Both the position numbers and the translations under genes were made by a program. From Octopus vulgaris (taxonomy: Eukaryota), in the NCBI GenBank assembly GCA_951406725.2, contig OX597819.1, positions 9,920,001-9,984,000 on the forward strand: a DNA stretch of 64,000 nt, read 5' to 3'. Under the pieces are notes generated by a model, which was not told the origin of the DNA, searched no databases, and worked only from the letters and a program-made list of their open reading frames with translations. Shown one piece after another: positions 37,601-45,895 of the stretch. Within the stretch, counting starts at the first letter, position 1. Every line of letters begins with the position of its first letter.

Positions 37601-40600
37601 TCTAACTCTCACTTTCTGGGATAGCCAAGTATCTCCCCTGTAGCAAGACAAATTATCTTTGTCCCTCTATCATACACTAACCTCTCAACTCAGAGGTTCT
37701 TATTTTGCAAGTTATTTGGCAACCCCACTGGTGTAGTGTCACATAGAAGGTACCCAGTACATTCTGTAAAGTGAGTGAGACTAGGAAGGGCAGCATCCAG
37801 CCCTATAAACCATGCCAAAACAGACAACTGGACCCTGATGCAGCTCTCCAGCTTGCTAGCTCCTGTCAAACCATCCAACCGATGCTAGCATGGAAAACAG
37901 GACATTATGAATGTAAACATAATCTATTTCAAGGCGGCGAGCTGGCAGAGACATTAGCATGCCGGGCGAAATGCGTAGCCGTATTTCGCCTGCCGTTACG
38001 TTCTGAGTTCAAATTCCGCCGAGGTCAACTTTGCCTTTCATCCTTTCGGGGTCGATAAATTAAGTACCAGTTACGCACTGGGGTCAATGTAATCGACTTT
38101 ATCCGTTTGTCTGTCCTTGTTTGTCCCCTCTGTGTGTAGCCCCATGTGGGTAGTAAAGAAATATATTTCATGGCACCTCTTTGCTTGCATTATCCACTCC
38201 TAATATGCCCATACCCTCAGTCTGCTTCATTACAAGTAAATATTGCATATCCACAAAACTCTCTGTAATATCAGCAAACTATGTATGAATTGTTTCTCCT
38301 TATTTATGACCTCAACATTGACTTGGTAATATACTAAACCGATTGTAGACAATGTCCTTGTTGTCCATCAGACAGACAAGCCTTTATCTACCATTCACAC
38401 CCCTCTCTTTTGTTAACCATTTACTATATCCATCGTGGAGGCGCAATGGCCCAGTGGTTAGGGCAGCGGACTCACGGTCATAGGATCGCGGTTTCGATTC
38501 CCAGACCGGGCGTTGTGAGTGTTTATTGAGCGAAAACACCTAAAAAGCTCCACGAGGCTCCGGCAAGGGGATGGTGGTGATCCCTGCTGTACTCTTTCAC
38601 CACAACTTTCTCTCACTCTTACTTCCTGTTTCTGTTGTACCTGTACTTCAAAGGGCCGGCCTTGTCACTCTCTGTGTCACGCTGAATATCCCCGAGAACT
38701 ACGTTAAGGGTGCACGTGTCTGTGGAGTGCTCAGCCACTTACACGTTAATTTCATGAGCAGGCTGTTCCGTTGATTCGGATTAACCGGAACCCTCATCGT
38801 CGTAACCGACAGAGTGCTTCCACTATATCCATCCCTACACACTACTGACTTCCATTTGTCTCCCCACACACACTCCTTTATTTTCCCATTTATCTACAGG
38901 TTTATTATGCTGCTGTTCTCCACCCTTTCTGTACTGCCTCTCTCCCAAATTTATATGTACTATTGACCCTGTGTCCACCCTTAACTGCACTCCCCTCTAT
39001 CCATCTGTCTCCCTTCTATATTTATCCATTCACTCTTCTCAATCCTCTCTTTGCCTTCTTGTACCTTGAGAGTATGCCCTCACGCCTTATTGCCATCTCT
39101 TTCTCCAGCTACTCACACCTGTCCTCTACAGTAAATCACCTGTTCTTGTCTCCATTTCATATTTTAACCTATAGACACTCAGCATAAAGCCAACTCCCTC
39201 TTACTACTCCCCAACTTAATCAAGAGGAATTTTCTTGCAAGTTTCTTGGTAACCTCACCAGCACCATCTCAGGAAGAAAAAAAAACACCCAGTACTCTCT
39301 GTAAAATAGTTGGTATCAGGAAGGGCGTCCAGTCATAGAAATTATACCAAAGAACACATTCAGATCCTATTGACCCTTTCCACCCATGCCATCATGGAAG
39401 GCAGATGTTAGAAGATTTTGATGATAGACATTATCATCATTCTCCTCTTCCAACCTAATATGTCAAGTGACAAAGAAATTTTGTAATTTAACATCTTTAA
39501 GTAATAAGTTAAGAAGCTTTTTTAATTAATTATTTTGTTATTAATGTTGTATTGTTATAACAGTGTCAATTATTAACTCGTTTCAGGCACCAAAATCTTA
39601 CAAAGATGTCACAGATGTTGTAAACACTTGTAAGTATATTTCTTTCCCTTAAACCAGTGGTTCCCAACTGATTTTTGGCCATGCCCCACCAAATCATTCC
39701 TAAAATCCTGATGCCCCCTTGTGATATTCAATTTTTGTTATTCAAAATTTGGTTAATGTTTACAATATTACCCGGAAATGAAATTTTAAAAAAAACTGCA
39801 ACAGATGTAAAAAAAAAAATTTGTAGGCCCTGTGCATACCTTCCTTCTTGTGACACTTGTGAAGACCTGTTGAGGCAAGTGAAAATCAAATCAAATCAAA
39901 ACAAATCAAAATAGATGAACATCAATGGAATTTGTATCTTTGTGGACCAGTGCCGGTGGCACACAAGAAAATCATCCGAACGTGGCCGTAGCCAGTACCG
40001 CATAGACTGGCCTCCGTGCTTTGGGGACGTAACAAACACCATCCGATCGTGGCCGTCTGCCAGCCTCATCTGGCACCTGTGTCGGTGGCACATAAAAACA
40101 CCATCCGAGCGTGGCCGTCTGCCAGCCTCGTCTGGCACCTGTGTCGGTGGCACATAAAAACACCATCCGAGCGTGGCCGTTCGCCAGCCTCGTCTGGCAC
40201 CTGTGTCGATGGCACATAAAATCACCCACTACACTCTCGGAGTGGTTGGCGTTAGGAAGGGCATCCAGCTGTAGAAACACTGCCAGATCTGACTGGCCTG
40301 GTGCAGCCTTCGGGCTCCCCAGACCCCAGTTGAACCGTCCAACCCATGCTAGCATGGAAAACGGACGCTAAATGATGATGATGATGATGATGTAAAAAGC
40401 ACCATCCGTTCGTGGCCGTTTGCCAGCCTCCCCTGGCACCTGTGCCGGTGGCATGTAAAAAGCACCCACTACACTCATGGAGTGGTTGGTGTTAGGAAGG
40501 GCATCCAGCCGTAGAAACACTGCCAGATCAGACTGGGCCTGGTGCAGCCTTCTGGCTTCCCAGACCCCAGTTGCACCGTCCAACCCATGCCAGCATGGAA

Positions 40601-42518
40601 AACGGACGCTAAACGATGATGATGATGTATATGAAAAAAAAATGAAAAAATGTGCCGAAAGCAACCGGGGGGGCACTTTGGAATATTCACAAGCTCTGAA
40701 TTTTTCCCTCATAACTTTTAGGAAAATGTTTTGTTTTGTTTTTTTCATAAATGAAATTTTATATAAATACCTTTCAACCAGCATAGGCTACGAATCATAA
40801 AGAAATTTGTGGGAAAATCTTTTCCAGTGGGGTGAGGAGAGGACTTTGGAAAATTCACAAAATCTGAGTTTTTCGCCCATAACTTGGTGACAGTTTATTG
40901 TGGATAGCAGATATAAATCCAAATTTTAAATATTTCTCTGACGAACTTCTTTTTACTTGCACTTCTCATTTTATGTATTTTTGAATCAAACACAAAGAGA
41001 TTTCAGTTGAAGCAAATTTTTTCAACAATTATTTCAAAAAGATTTCAGTATAAACTTTCAGAAAATATGCTCAAAAAGCATCAAAAAATATTCCATGAAT
41101 CTTCTCAGCTGCAAAAACCTTTGTATCAATGATGGAAATTTTTTCTTACCTTTTTGCTGAATTCACCAAGCTGACTGGTGAGAATAAAATGACCTGTTAA
41201 TTTTCATCTTTGTTCATATATGTAGGAGTGGCTGTGTGGTTCCGGGTTCAGTCTCACTGCGTGGCACCTTGGGCAAGTGTCTTCTACTATAGCCTCGGGC
41301 CGACCAAAGCCTTGTGAGTGGATTTGGTAGACGGAAACTGAAAGAAGCCCGTCATATATATGTATATATATATATATATATATGTATTTCTTTACTACCC
41401 ACAAGGGGCTAAACACAGAGGGGACAGACAAACGGATTAAGTCGATTACATCGACCCCAGTGCGTAACTGGTACTTAATTTATCGACCCCGAAAGGATGA
41501 AAGGCAAAGTCGACCTCGGCGGAATTTGAACTCAGAACGTAACGGCGGGCGAAATGCGTAGCCGTATTTCGTCTGTGTGTTTGTGTGTCTGTGTTTGTCC
41601 CCCTAGCATTGCTTGACAACCGATGCTAGTGTGTTTATGTCCCCGTTACTTAGTGGTTCGGCAAAAGAGACTGATAGAATAAGTACTGGGCTTACAAAAG
41701 AATAAGTCCCGGGGTCGAGTTGCTCGATTAAAAAAGGCGGTGCTCCAGCATGGCCGCAGTCAAATGACTGAAATAAGTAAAAGAGTATGTGTGTGTATAT
41801 GTGTATGTTACCAATACCATAAATCTCTGTCTGTCTGTCTGTCTGTTCCTTTCTCTTTCACATAAGCGTTTGTAATTACCTTACACATTTTCACATACCA
41901 CAAATAATCTATTCCCTCTTTAGTGACATCAGAGCTTATGAATATGATGAAAACAACCTGTTGCCTCTAAAGTGTCCAAAATTTGATAAAATTGTCCACA
42001 GACGGGATGTAAAGAATTTTTTTTTTTTTCTAATACCTCATTCTCAAATTACCCCCTTTCTCTATTGGTATACTAAACATTGTGTACAACAGGTTTAAAT
42101 TCAACATAACCCTATGCATGCCTCACCAAAATACTACCATGCCCCATCTTGGGAAACACGGCCTTAACCCTTTAGTCTTTAAACCGGCCACGTCCGGCCC
42201 AATATATTCTACATGTTTTATATTCAAACGGGCGATATCCAGCCTCTCACACTTAACCTACAATGCCATTCTAAAAATAAACATTCACATCATTGAAACC
42301 TCAAAGCTATAAGATAATGCATGATTAATTCAAAACAATTTGAGTGAAAAAGTATTACATTTAACAGTAATCTGAACACTAAAGGGTTAAACATTAATCA
42401 GTTTTGTAATTGGTTCTAGTTTGTTTTATATTCAATATTGATATCTATTTCAGGTCATGAGGCTGGAATCAGTAAAAAAGCTATCAAACTTCGTCCTATT
42501 GGAGTCATTAAAGGATAA
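10087..42518 (+). CDS. RTCB: RNA-splicing ligase RtcB homolog (tRNA ligase complex catalytic subunit); 13 coding exons, 1515 nt, 504 aa
   Basis: Exons 10087-10176, 12789-12935, 15859-15907, 16650-16857, 19173-19222, 20436-20542, 22136-22295, 23966-24141, 26904-27092, 29741-29851, 32699-32818, 39587-39629, 42454-42518 all have GT-AG borders and compatible phases. Translation is colinear with metazoan RTCB and keeps the motifs [54 protein letters not shown] and RPIGVIKG*. Confidence 0.97.
10383..10763 (+). mobile_element. SINE family A nested in a TTAA MITE (about 10301-10861)
   Basis: Full-length copy; MITE sequence resumes after it. Confidence 0.85.
11510..11958 (+). mobile_element. RTE LINE 3' UTR fragment with internal array
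   Basis: GGCACRTAAAAAGCACC units, (GAT)n tail. Shorter copies at 5885-6120, 6262-6548, 8216-8433, 10948-11087. Confidence 0.8.
12789..12935 (+). CDS. RTCB: RtcB coding exon 2 (VEGLFYVND...AALPGIVQ)
   Basis: ttgcag acceptor, gtaaaa donor, 147 nt. Confidence 0.95.
13083..14385 (+). mobile_element. Two RTE LINE 3' UTR fragments (13083-13473, 13735-14385) with internal about 60-bp arrays
   Basis: Repeated units and AAACGATGATG-type ends. Confidence 0.8.
15077..15478 (+). mobile_element. SINE family A
   Basis: Full-length copy in a microsatellite. Confidence 0.85.
15859..15907 (+). CDS. RTCB: RtcB coding exon 3 ([17 protein letters not shown])
   Basis: ttctag acceptor, gtaaga donor; conserved motif. 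Confidence 0.95.
16650..16857 (+). CDS. RTCB: RtcB coding exon 4 (contains GFDINCGVR metal-ligand motif)
   Basis: catcag acceptor, gtaagt donor; overlaps ORF 16655..16861. Confidence 0.96.
17360..18640 (-). mobile_element. Degenerate RTE LINE (RT region plus 3' UTR)
   Basis: [13 protein letters not shown] and WCGHV...[11 protein letters not shown] fragments; (CAT)n tail. Confidence 0.8.
18829..19057. mobile_element. piggyBac-type MITE family 1
   Basis: TIRs plus TTAA; very similar to 42164-42390. Confidence 0.8.
19173..19222 (+). CDS. RTCB: RtcB coding exon 5 ([16 protein letters not shown])
   Basis: ttttag acceptor, gtgagt donor. Confidence 0.93.
19782..20280 (-). mobile_element. RTE LINE 3' UTR fragment with expanded array
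   Basis: (CAT)n tail followed by about 5 units. Confidence 0.8.
20436..20542 (+). CDS. RTCB: RtcB coding exon 6 ([21 protein letters not shown]...GLPQ)
   Basis: attag acceptor, gtaaaa donor. Confidence 0.95.
21019..21402 (+). mobile_element. SINE family C
   Basis: Full-length copy. Confidence 0.85.
21650..22037 (-). mobile_element. SINE family A
   Basis: Near full-length copy. Confidence 0.85.
22136..22295 (+). CDS. RTCB: RtcB coding exon 7 ([12 protein letters not shown]...[15 protein letters not shown])
   Basis: actag acceptor, gtaagt donor. Confidence 0.95.
22900..23570 (-). mobile_element. Tc1/mariner DD37D (maT-like) transposase remnant with one TIR
   Basis: FQQD-x37-D ([12 protein letters not shown]); TIR CAGGGTGCATAAGGTATTTGAGGACAG next to a (TA)n tract. 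Confidence 0.8.
23966..24141 (+). CDS. RTCB: RtcB coding exon 8 ([10 protein letters not shown]...FLSRQ)
   Basis: tgtag acceptor, gtagat donor; inside ORF 23806..24174. Confidence 0.95.
24639..25030 (+). mobile_element. SINE family A
   Basis: Full-length copy. Confidence 0.85.
25649..26047 (+). mobile_element. SINE family A
   Basis: Full-length copy. Confidence 0.85.
26463..26695 (+). mobile_element. SINE family B
   Basis: Full-length copy. Confidence 0.8.
26904..27092 (+). CDS. RTCB: RtcB coding exon 9 (AFAKIF...[21 protein letters not shown])
   Basis: ggccag acceptor, gtatgt donor. Confidence 0.95.
27188..27773 (-). mobile_element. Non-autonomous Helitron with nested RTE tail (27424-27615)
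   Basis: Minus strand reads A|TC ... hairpin CCCGAGCAACGCTGGG ... CTAG|T; its 3' part is repeated at 61468-61612. Confidence 0.75.
28189..28297. ncRNA. Pair of inverted minimal hammerhead-like motifs (G3-C8 core variant), Penelope-type
   Basis: Minus: tttgtca-GTGAACA-g-stemII-GAA-AATATT-T-tggcaaa. Plus: tca-GTGAACA-g-gtcg..cgac-GAA-AATATT-T-tgg. Confidence 0.6.
28897..29195 (+). mobile_element. RTE LINE 3' UTR fragment flanked by about 210-bp direct duplication
   Basis: 28682-28896 is nearly identical to 29196-29406. Confidence 0.85.
29426..29500. ncRNA. Pair of inverted minimal hammerhead-like motifs (U3-A8 core variant), Penelope-type
   Basis: Minus: cta-TTGAAAA-g-gttgc-aagac-gcaat-GAA-AATT-T-tag. 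The plus arm has a perfect stem II gttgca/tgcaac. Related copy at 32971-33007. Confidence 0.5.
29741..29851 (+). CDS. RTCB: RtcB coding exon 10 ([14 protein letters not shown]...TCHGA; guanylylated His)
   Basis: atacag acceptor, gtgagt donor. Confidence 0.95.
29958..30788 (-). mobile_element. Cluster: SINE family A (29958-30330), short (GAT)n-tailed retroposon fragment, second SINE A head (about 30630-30788)
   Basis: Matches to other copies; the middle fragment resembles 42780-42850 in opposite orientation. Confidence 0.7.
30798..32189 (+). mobile_element. Decayed maT-like element with both TIRs, interrupted by a TTAA MITE (31273-31501)
   Basis: GTAAGGTATTTGAGGACA at left and TGTCCTCAAATATCATACGCACCCTG at right; homologous to 22900-23570. 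Confidence 0.75.
32347..32585. repeat. Long inverted repeat (about 113-bp arms, 12-nt loop)
   Basis: Arms are reverse complements with few mismatches. Confidence 0.9.
32699..32818 (+). CDS. RTCB: RtcB coding exon 11 ([11 protein letters not shown]...PKLVMEE)
   Basis: aattag acceptor, gtaggt donor. Confidence 0.95.
33068..33452 (+). mobile_element. RTE LINE 3' UTR fragment with array
   Basis: Same family. Confidence 0.8.
34179..34499. repeat. Long inverted repeat (about 155-bp arms, about 9-nt loop) built from an old SINE A fragment
   Basis: Arms are reverse complements with very few differences. Confidence 0.92.
34633..35238 (-). mobile_element. Probable non-autonomous Helitron, second family
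   Basis: CTAG|T end with subterminal CCGG..CCGG hairpin; other end approximate. Confidence 0.5.
35610..36426 (+). mobile_element. 5'-truncated RTE-clade LINE: RT C-terminus plus 3' UTR plus (GAT)n tail
   Basis: MLHGSETW and [10 protein letters not shown]...RGRPRKTW motifs, followed by the 3' UTR shared with about 20 short copies. Confidence 0.85.
37932..38163 (+). mobile_element. SINE family B
   Basis: Full-length copy beginning GGCGGCGAGCTGGCAGA. Confidence 0.8.
38437..38822 (+). mobile_element. SINE family C with TSD ACTATATCCATC
   Basis: Direct repeat on both flanks. Confidence 0.88.
39587..39629 (+). CDS. RTCB: RtcB coding exon 12 ([14 protein letters not shown])
   Basis: tttcag acceptor, gtaagt donor. 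Confidence 0.93.
39830..40627 (+). mobile_element. Two tandem RTE LINE 3' UTR fragments
   Basis: Two (GAT)n tails at about 40390 and 40627. Confidence 0.8.
41222..41786 (+). mobile_element. SINE family A with antisense SINE family B (41385-41575) inside its central microsatellite
   Basis: Both halves of SINE A flank the insert. Confidence 0.8.
42164..42390. mobile_element. piggyBac-type MITE family 1
   Basis: TIRs plus TTAA. Confidence 0.8.
42454..42518 (+). CDS. RTCB: RtcB last coding exon ([21 protein letters not shown])
   Basis: tttcag acceptor, TAA at 42516-42518. Confidence 0.95.
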
Positions 42519-42636
42519 AGAAGAAAAGGAAGAAAATAACTGTTCATTGACTGCCTAAAAAGGATCAATCTATTTATGATATGAACTGTTAATTGCCATC
42601 CTGGTTTCTGTTATATTACATTCAATCCTTTTTAGC

Positions 42637-42642
42637 AATAAA
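42637..42642 (+). terminator. Probable RtcB polyadenylation signal
   Basis: AATAAA about 120 nt after the stop, followed by T/GT-rich sequence. Confidence 0.6.
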
Positions 42643-43998
42643 CTACATTTTTTTAAAATTTGTTTGCAAAATTTGTTTTCTCGTAAATTTTCTTTTATAC
42701 TAAACATGTAAACAAATACAATATAAAGTTATTGTAACAAATTTATTATAACCCTCGTGCAACTGGGTGGGGTCACTAGTTTCATCATCATCGACCATTG
42801 TCTTAAATCTGGGTTTTGTCCCTGTTAATGAGAGTGGCCAGATCTACCTCACTGCCCTCACAGCATCTCGCCCGGTAATGGGCGTCCTTCTTTTTCAAAC
42901 CTATTTCTTTATTACCCACAAGGGGCTAAACACAGAGGGGACAAACAAGGACAGACATAGGTATTAAGTCGATTACATCGACCCCAGTGCGTAACTGGTA
43001 CTTAATTTATCGACCCCTGAAAGGATGAAAGGCAAAGTCGACCTCAGCGGAATTTGAACTCACAACGTAACGCAGACGAAATACCACTAAGCATATCGCC
43101 TGGCATGCTCGCCGCCTTCTTTTTCAAACCAACCCTCCCAATCTCCTCCACCTTTTCCTTGGTCTACCTTGCTTTTGCGCTCCATTTACCTCAAATGCAA
43201 TCACCCTCCTCACAACATGCTCTTCATCTCTCCTCAACACATGTCCATACCACCTAACTTCATTTGCCCTTGCCAACCATTCCACCAGCCCCAGTATTCC
43301 CAGCAAATCTTCAGTCCTGCTCTTATTTAAAACAGCTTCACCCCATAGATTGCTCTCTCAGTCCTTCTCAAAATTATCATCTCTCTCCCTCAGACCCTAT
43401 GTCTCACTCTCCCATACAGCATTGCAGCTCTCACACAACCCTTAAAGACCCTCCCTTTCATCTTTAATGAATGGACTGTACTGTCATTAAATTGTATGGC
43501 TTGTGTAACAGTCTGGATATAGTGTCCAAGGTGCCATGTAGAGGGACTGAACTTGAAACCATATGGTTTTGAAATAAACTTCTTTACAAACAGTCATGTC
43601 TATGCCATTGCCAAAATATTAACACTCAGAGTGATATTACTTTAATCAGAAATAGAATCTTGAAACTTAACCCTTTTGTTACCAAACCGGCTCTGGCTCT
43701 GTTGTACAAATGTCTTGTTTTCTTAAGGTTTCAATTAAAATCTTGCACCAAACCTTAGTCACAATTTATGTTCCTAATACAAGCTGAATGATAACTAAGT
43801 TATTTTACTAAATTCTTTGTTATATTTAAAATTAATTGAAAGAAACACAGAACACCTCAAAATAAATATAGTAACGAAAGGGTTAAAGGCAATGTTGTAT
43901 TCTGAGCAAAGTTTATATAAATTATCAATTAACGATGAAAAATCTATAAACGTAAATAAATGTAAGAACATAACTACATTCAATATCCATTAAAAAAA

Positions 43999-44004
43999 TT
44001 TATT
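43999..44004 (-). terminator. Probable MRPL2 polyadenylation signal
   Basis: AATAAA on minus strand 6 nt after the stop codon. Confidence 0.55.
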
Positions 44005-44010
44005 GCTGTT

Positions 44011-44423
44011 TTAAAAAGAAAACTTGTGTATAGCTGGTTTCGCTGGTTTAGACTTTGAGTAGGTTTTTAAAGGAGGAATTGGTCTAATTTTCCGACCATT
44101 ATAACCGGTCTTACGATGCCAGAGTCCACTCTGTGGTCGAATTCCCAGCCACCGTGATCTTTGTGCTGAACCTATGTGCTGCTTGTTGTGTTCAACATTA
44201 GAAACTCGTCCAACTGTGGCCATACAATGTTTAGATACACTGATTTCTCGTTTTGATGGAAGTCGCACAACACACTGATTTCCAACTTTACGAACCAGTT
44301 GAGCACAAGTTCCTGCAGCTCGTGCCATTTTACCATAGTTATCAGCGTAAATTTCAACATTGTGAACCAAAGTGCCAATGGGTAGAGCCCCAAGAGGATA
44401 GGAATCACCTTCGTTTGCCTTCA
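44011..44423 (-). CDS. MRPL2: MRPL2 last exon (uL2 C-terminal domain)
   Basis: ORF 44011..44424; tttcag acceptor; TAA stop. Confidence 0.96.
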
Positions 44424-45854
44424 CTGAAACAGAAGAAAATATGAAACAATTTGTGATTCAACAGAGATATATTGATCTACGTGATCTTATATGTGTATTT
44501 ATATCCTAATATATACCTATATATATATATATCAAACTAAAGTTATTGAACAAACAAATGCAAGGTCATCCGCATAGCATTTCATAATTCGAACATTTAA
44601 TCATAGAATATGCATATAAACATCCTGCAAGATGGAACATAATTCATCTGTACAAGCATATAAGCATATAATAATAAGGTGCGAGAAAAAAATTTTTTCA
44701 TCATAGTTTAGAGTTAATACTTTAGCGATTCAGAAAAATACATTTTTTTTTTTTTAAAAACCTAGAAAGTAAAAATATAAAAACATATATATATACATAT
44801 AGGAGCATATAAAAAATATATAATATATATCATGTAAATAAAATAAAAGTTCATCGTTTAGAAATCTTATGAAATTATTATTCAAGTAAAAGAAGCCTTA
44901 TAGTTAAAAAGGGAACCATATTTACTTATCCCTGTGGCCATTTCAGGGGTGTATTATGTTTAAAGCACTAGGGTGCATCCAGATAATACCTCCTTCGTCA
45001 GGGGAAAAAAATATATATACATAAAGATAGACATCATCGCGTAAATTATATATATATATAATTTTATTTTATGTATACGTTTGTTACACATATTCCATCA
45101 CCTATCTCTCTCTCTTTTTCTTTCCTTACGCAAAGTATTCTTTCTCTCCCTATTCGTTACTTTGATAAGCGTCCTTAAACTATGCATTCCTCTTCTCCCT
45201 CTCCCCTTACTGCCCTCTTTCTTTCGCTAGCTGTTACATTTAGGGTTCTTCTTCTTTTCTTTCCCCCTCCCTATGTTTAAGATATACTTCCTATCTCTCT
45301 TGTCTGTTATAACTGACTTCTATATATATATATATATACACACCAAGAGATTTTTGTGTGCGCTTGTATGGTTGTGTGCATATATGTATGTGTATTTGTG
45401 CATATATTTGTCTTACATATTTATGCCTGTATATGTAACTATGTGCATGCAGCTATGTATTTTGAAGTATATTATAGCTGGTCTAGTATGAGTATATACT
45501 GTTGTAAAATATTTATGTAATACAGCAGGAAAATTTTAATTTTAATGTACTAATTGACTTATATTTCGTATATAATTATTTACAATATGTATTTTGAATC
45601 TACTTTTCAATTTAAGGCTTTCTTCGATTTTACAATAGGATGAATTTATATTGAATTCATTTATTTTGTTCATTGCATGCTTAAAACCTTTAACTGAAAG
45701 GACCAATGAAACAAATCCATTTTTAAAGGTGTTTCCTTTAACTAGTTTTGATTATATCATTATTTTTGTTCCATTTTAACAAAACTGTCCGACAAACAGA
45801 AACGTGAAACTCTGAGTAACAGCTTTTGTTATATTTCTGCTGCTTTTAAATAAA

Positions 45855-45895
<41 letters not shown>

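Noticed and set aside
10087-42518. Bacterial Rtc repair operon or horizontal transfer
   Set aside because: Twelve spliceosomal introns in the CDS and a metazoan-type sequence; no rtcA, rtcR or Ro/Y RNA neighbours.
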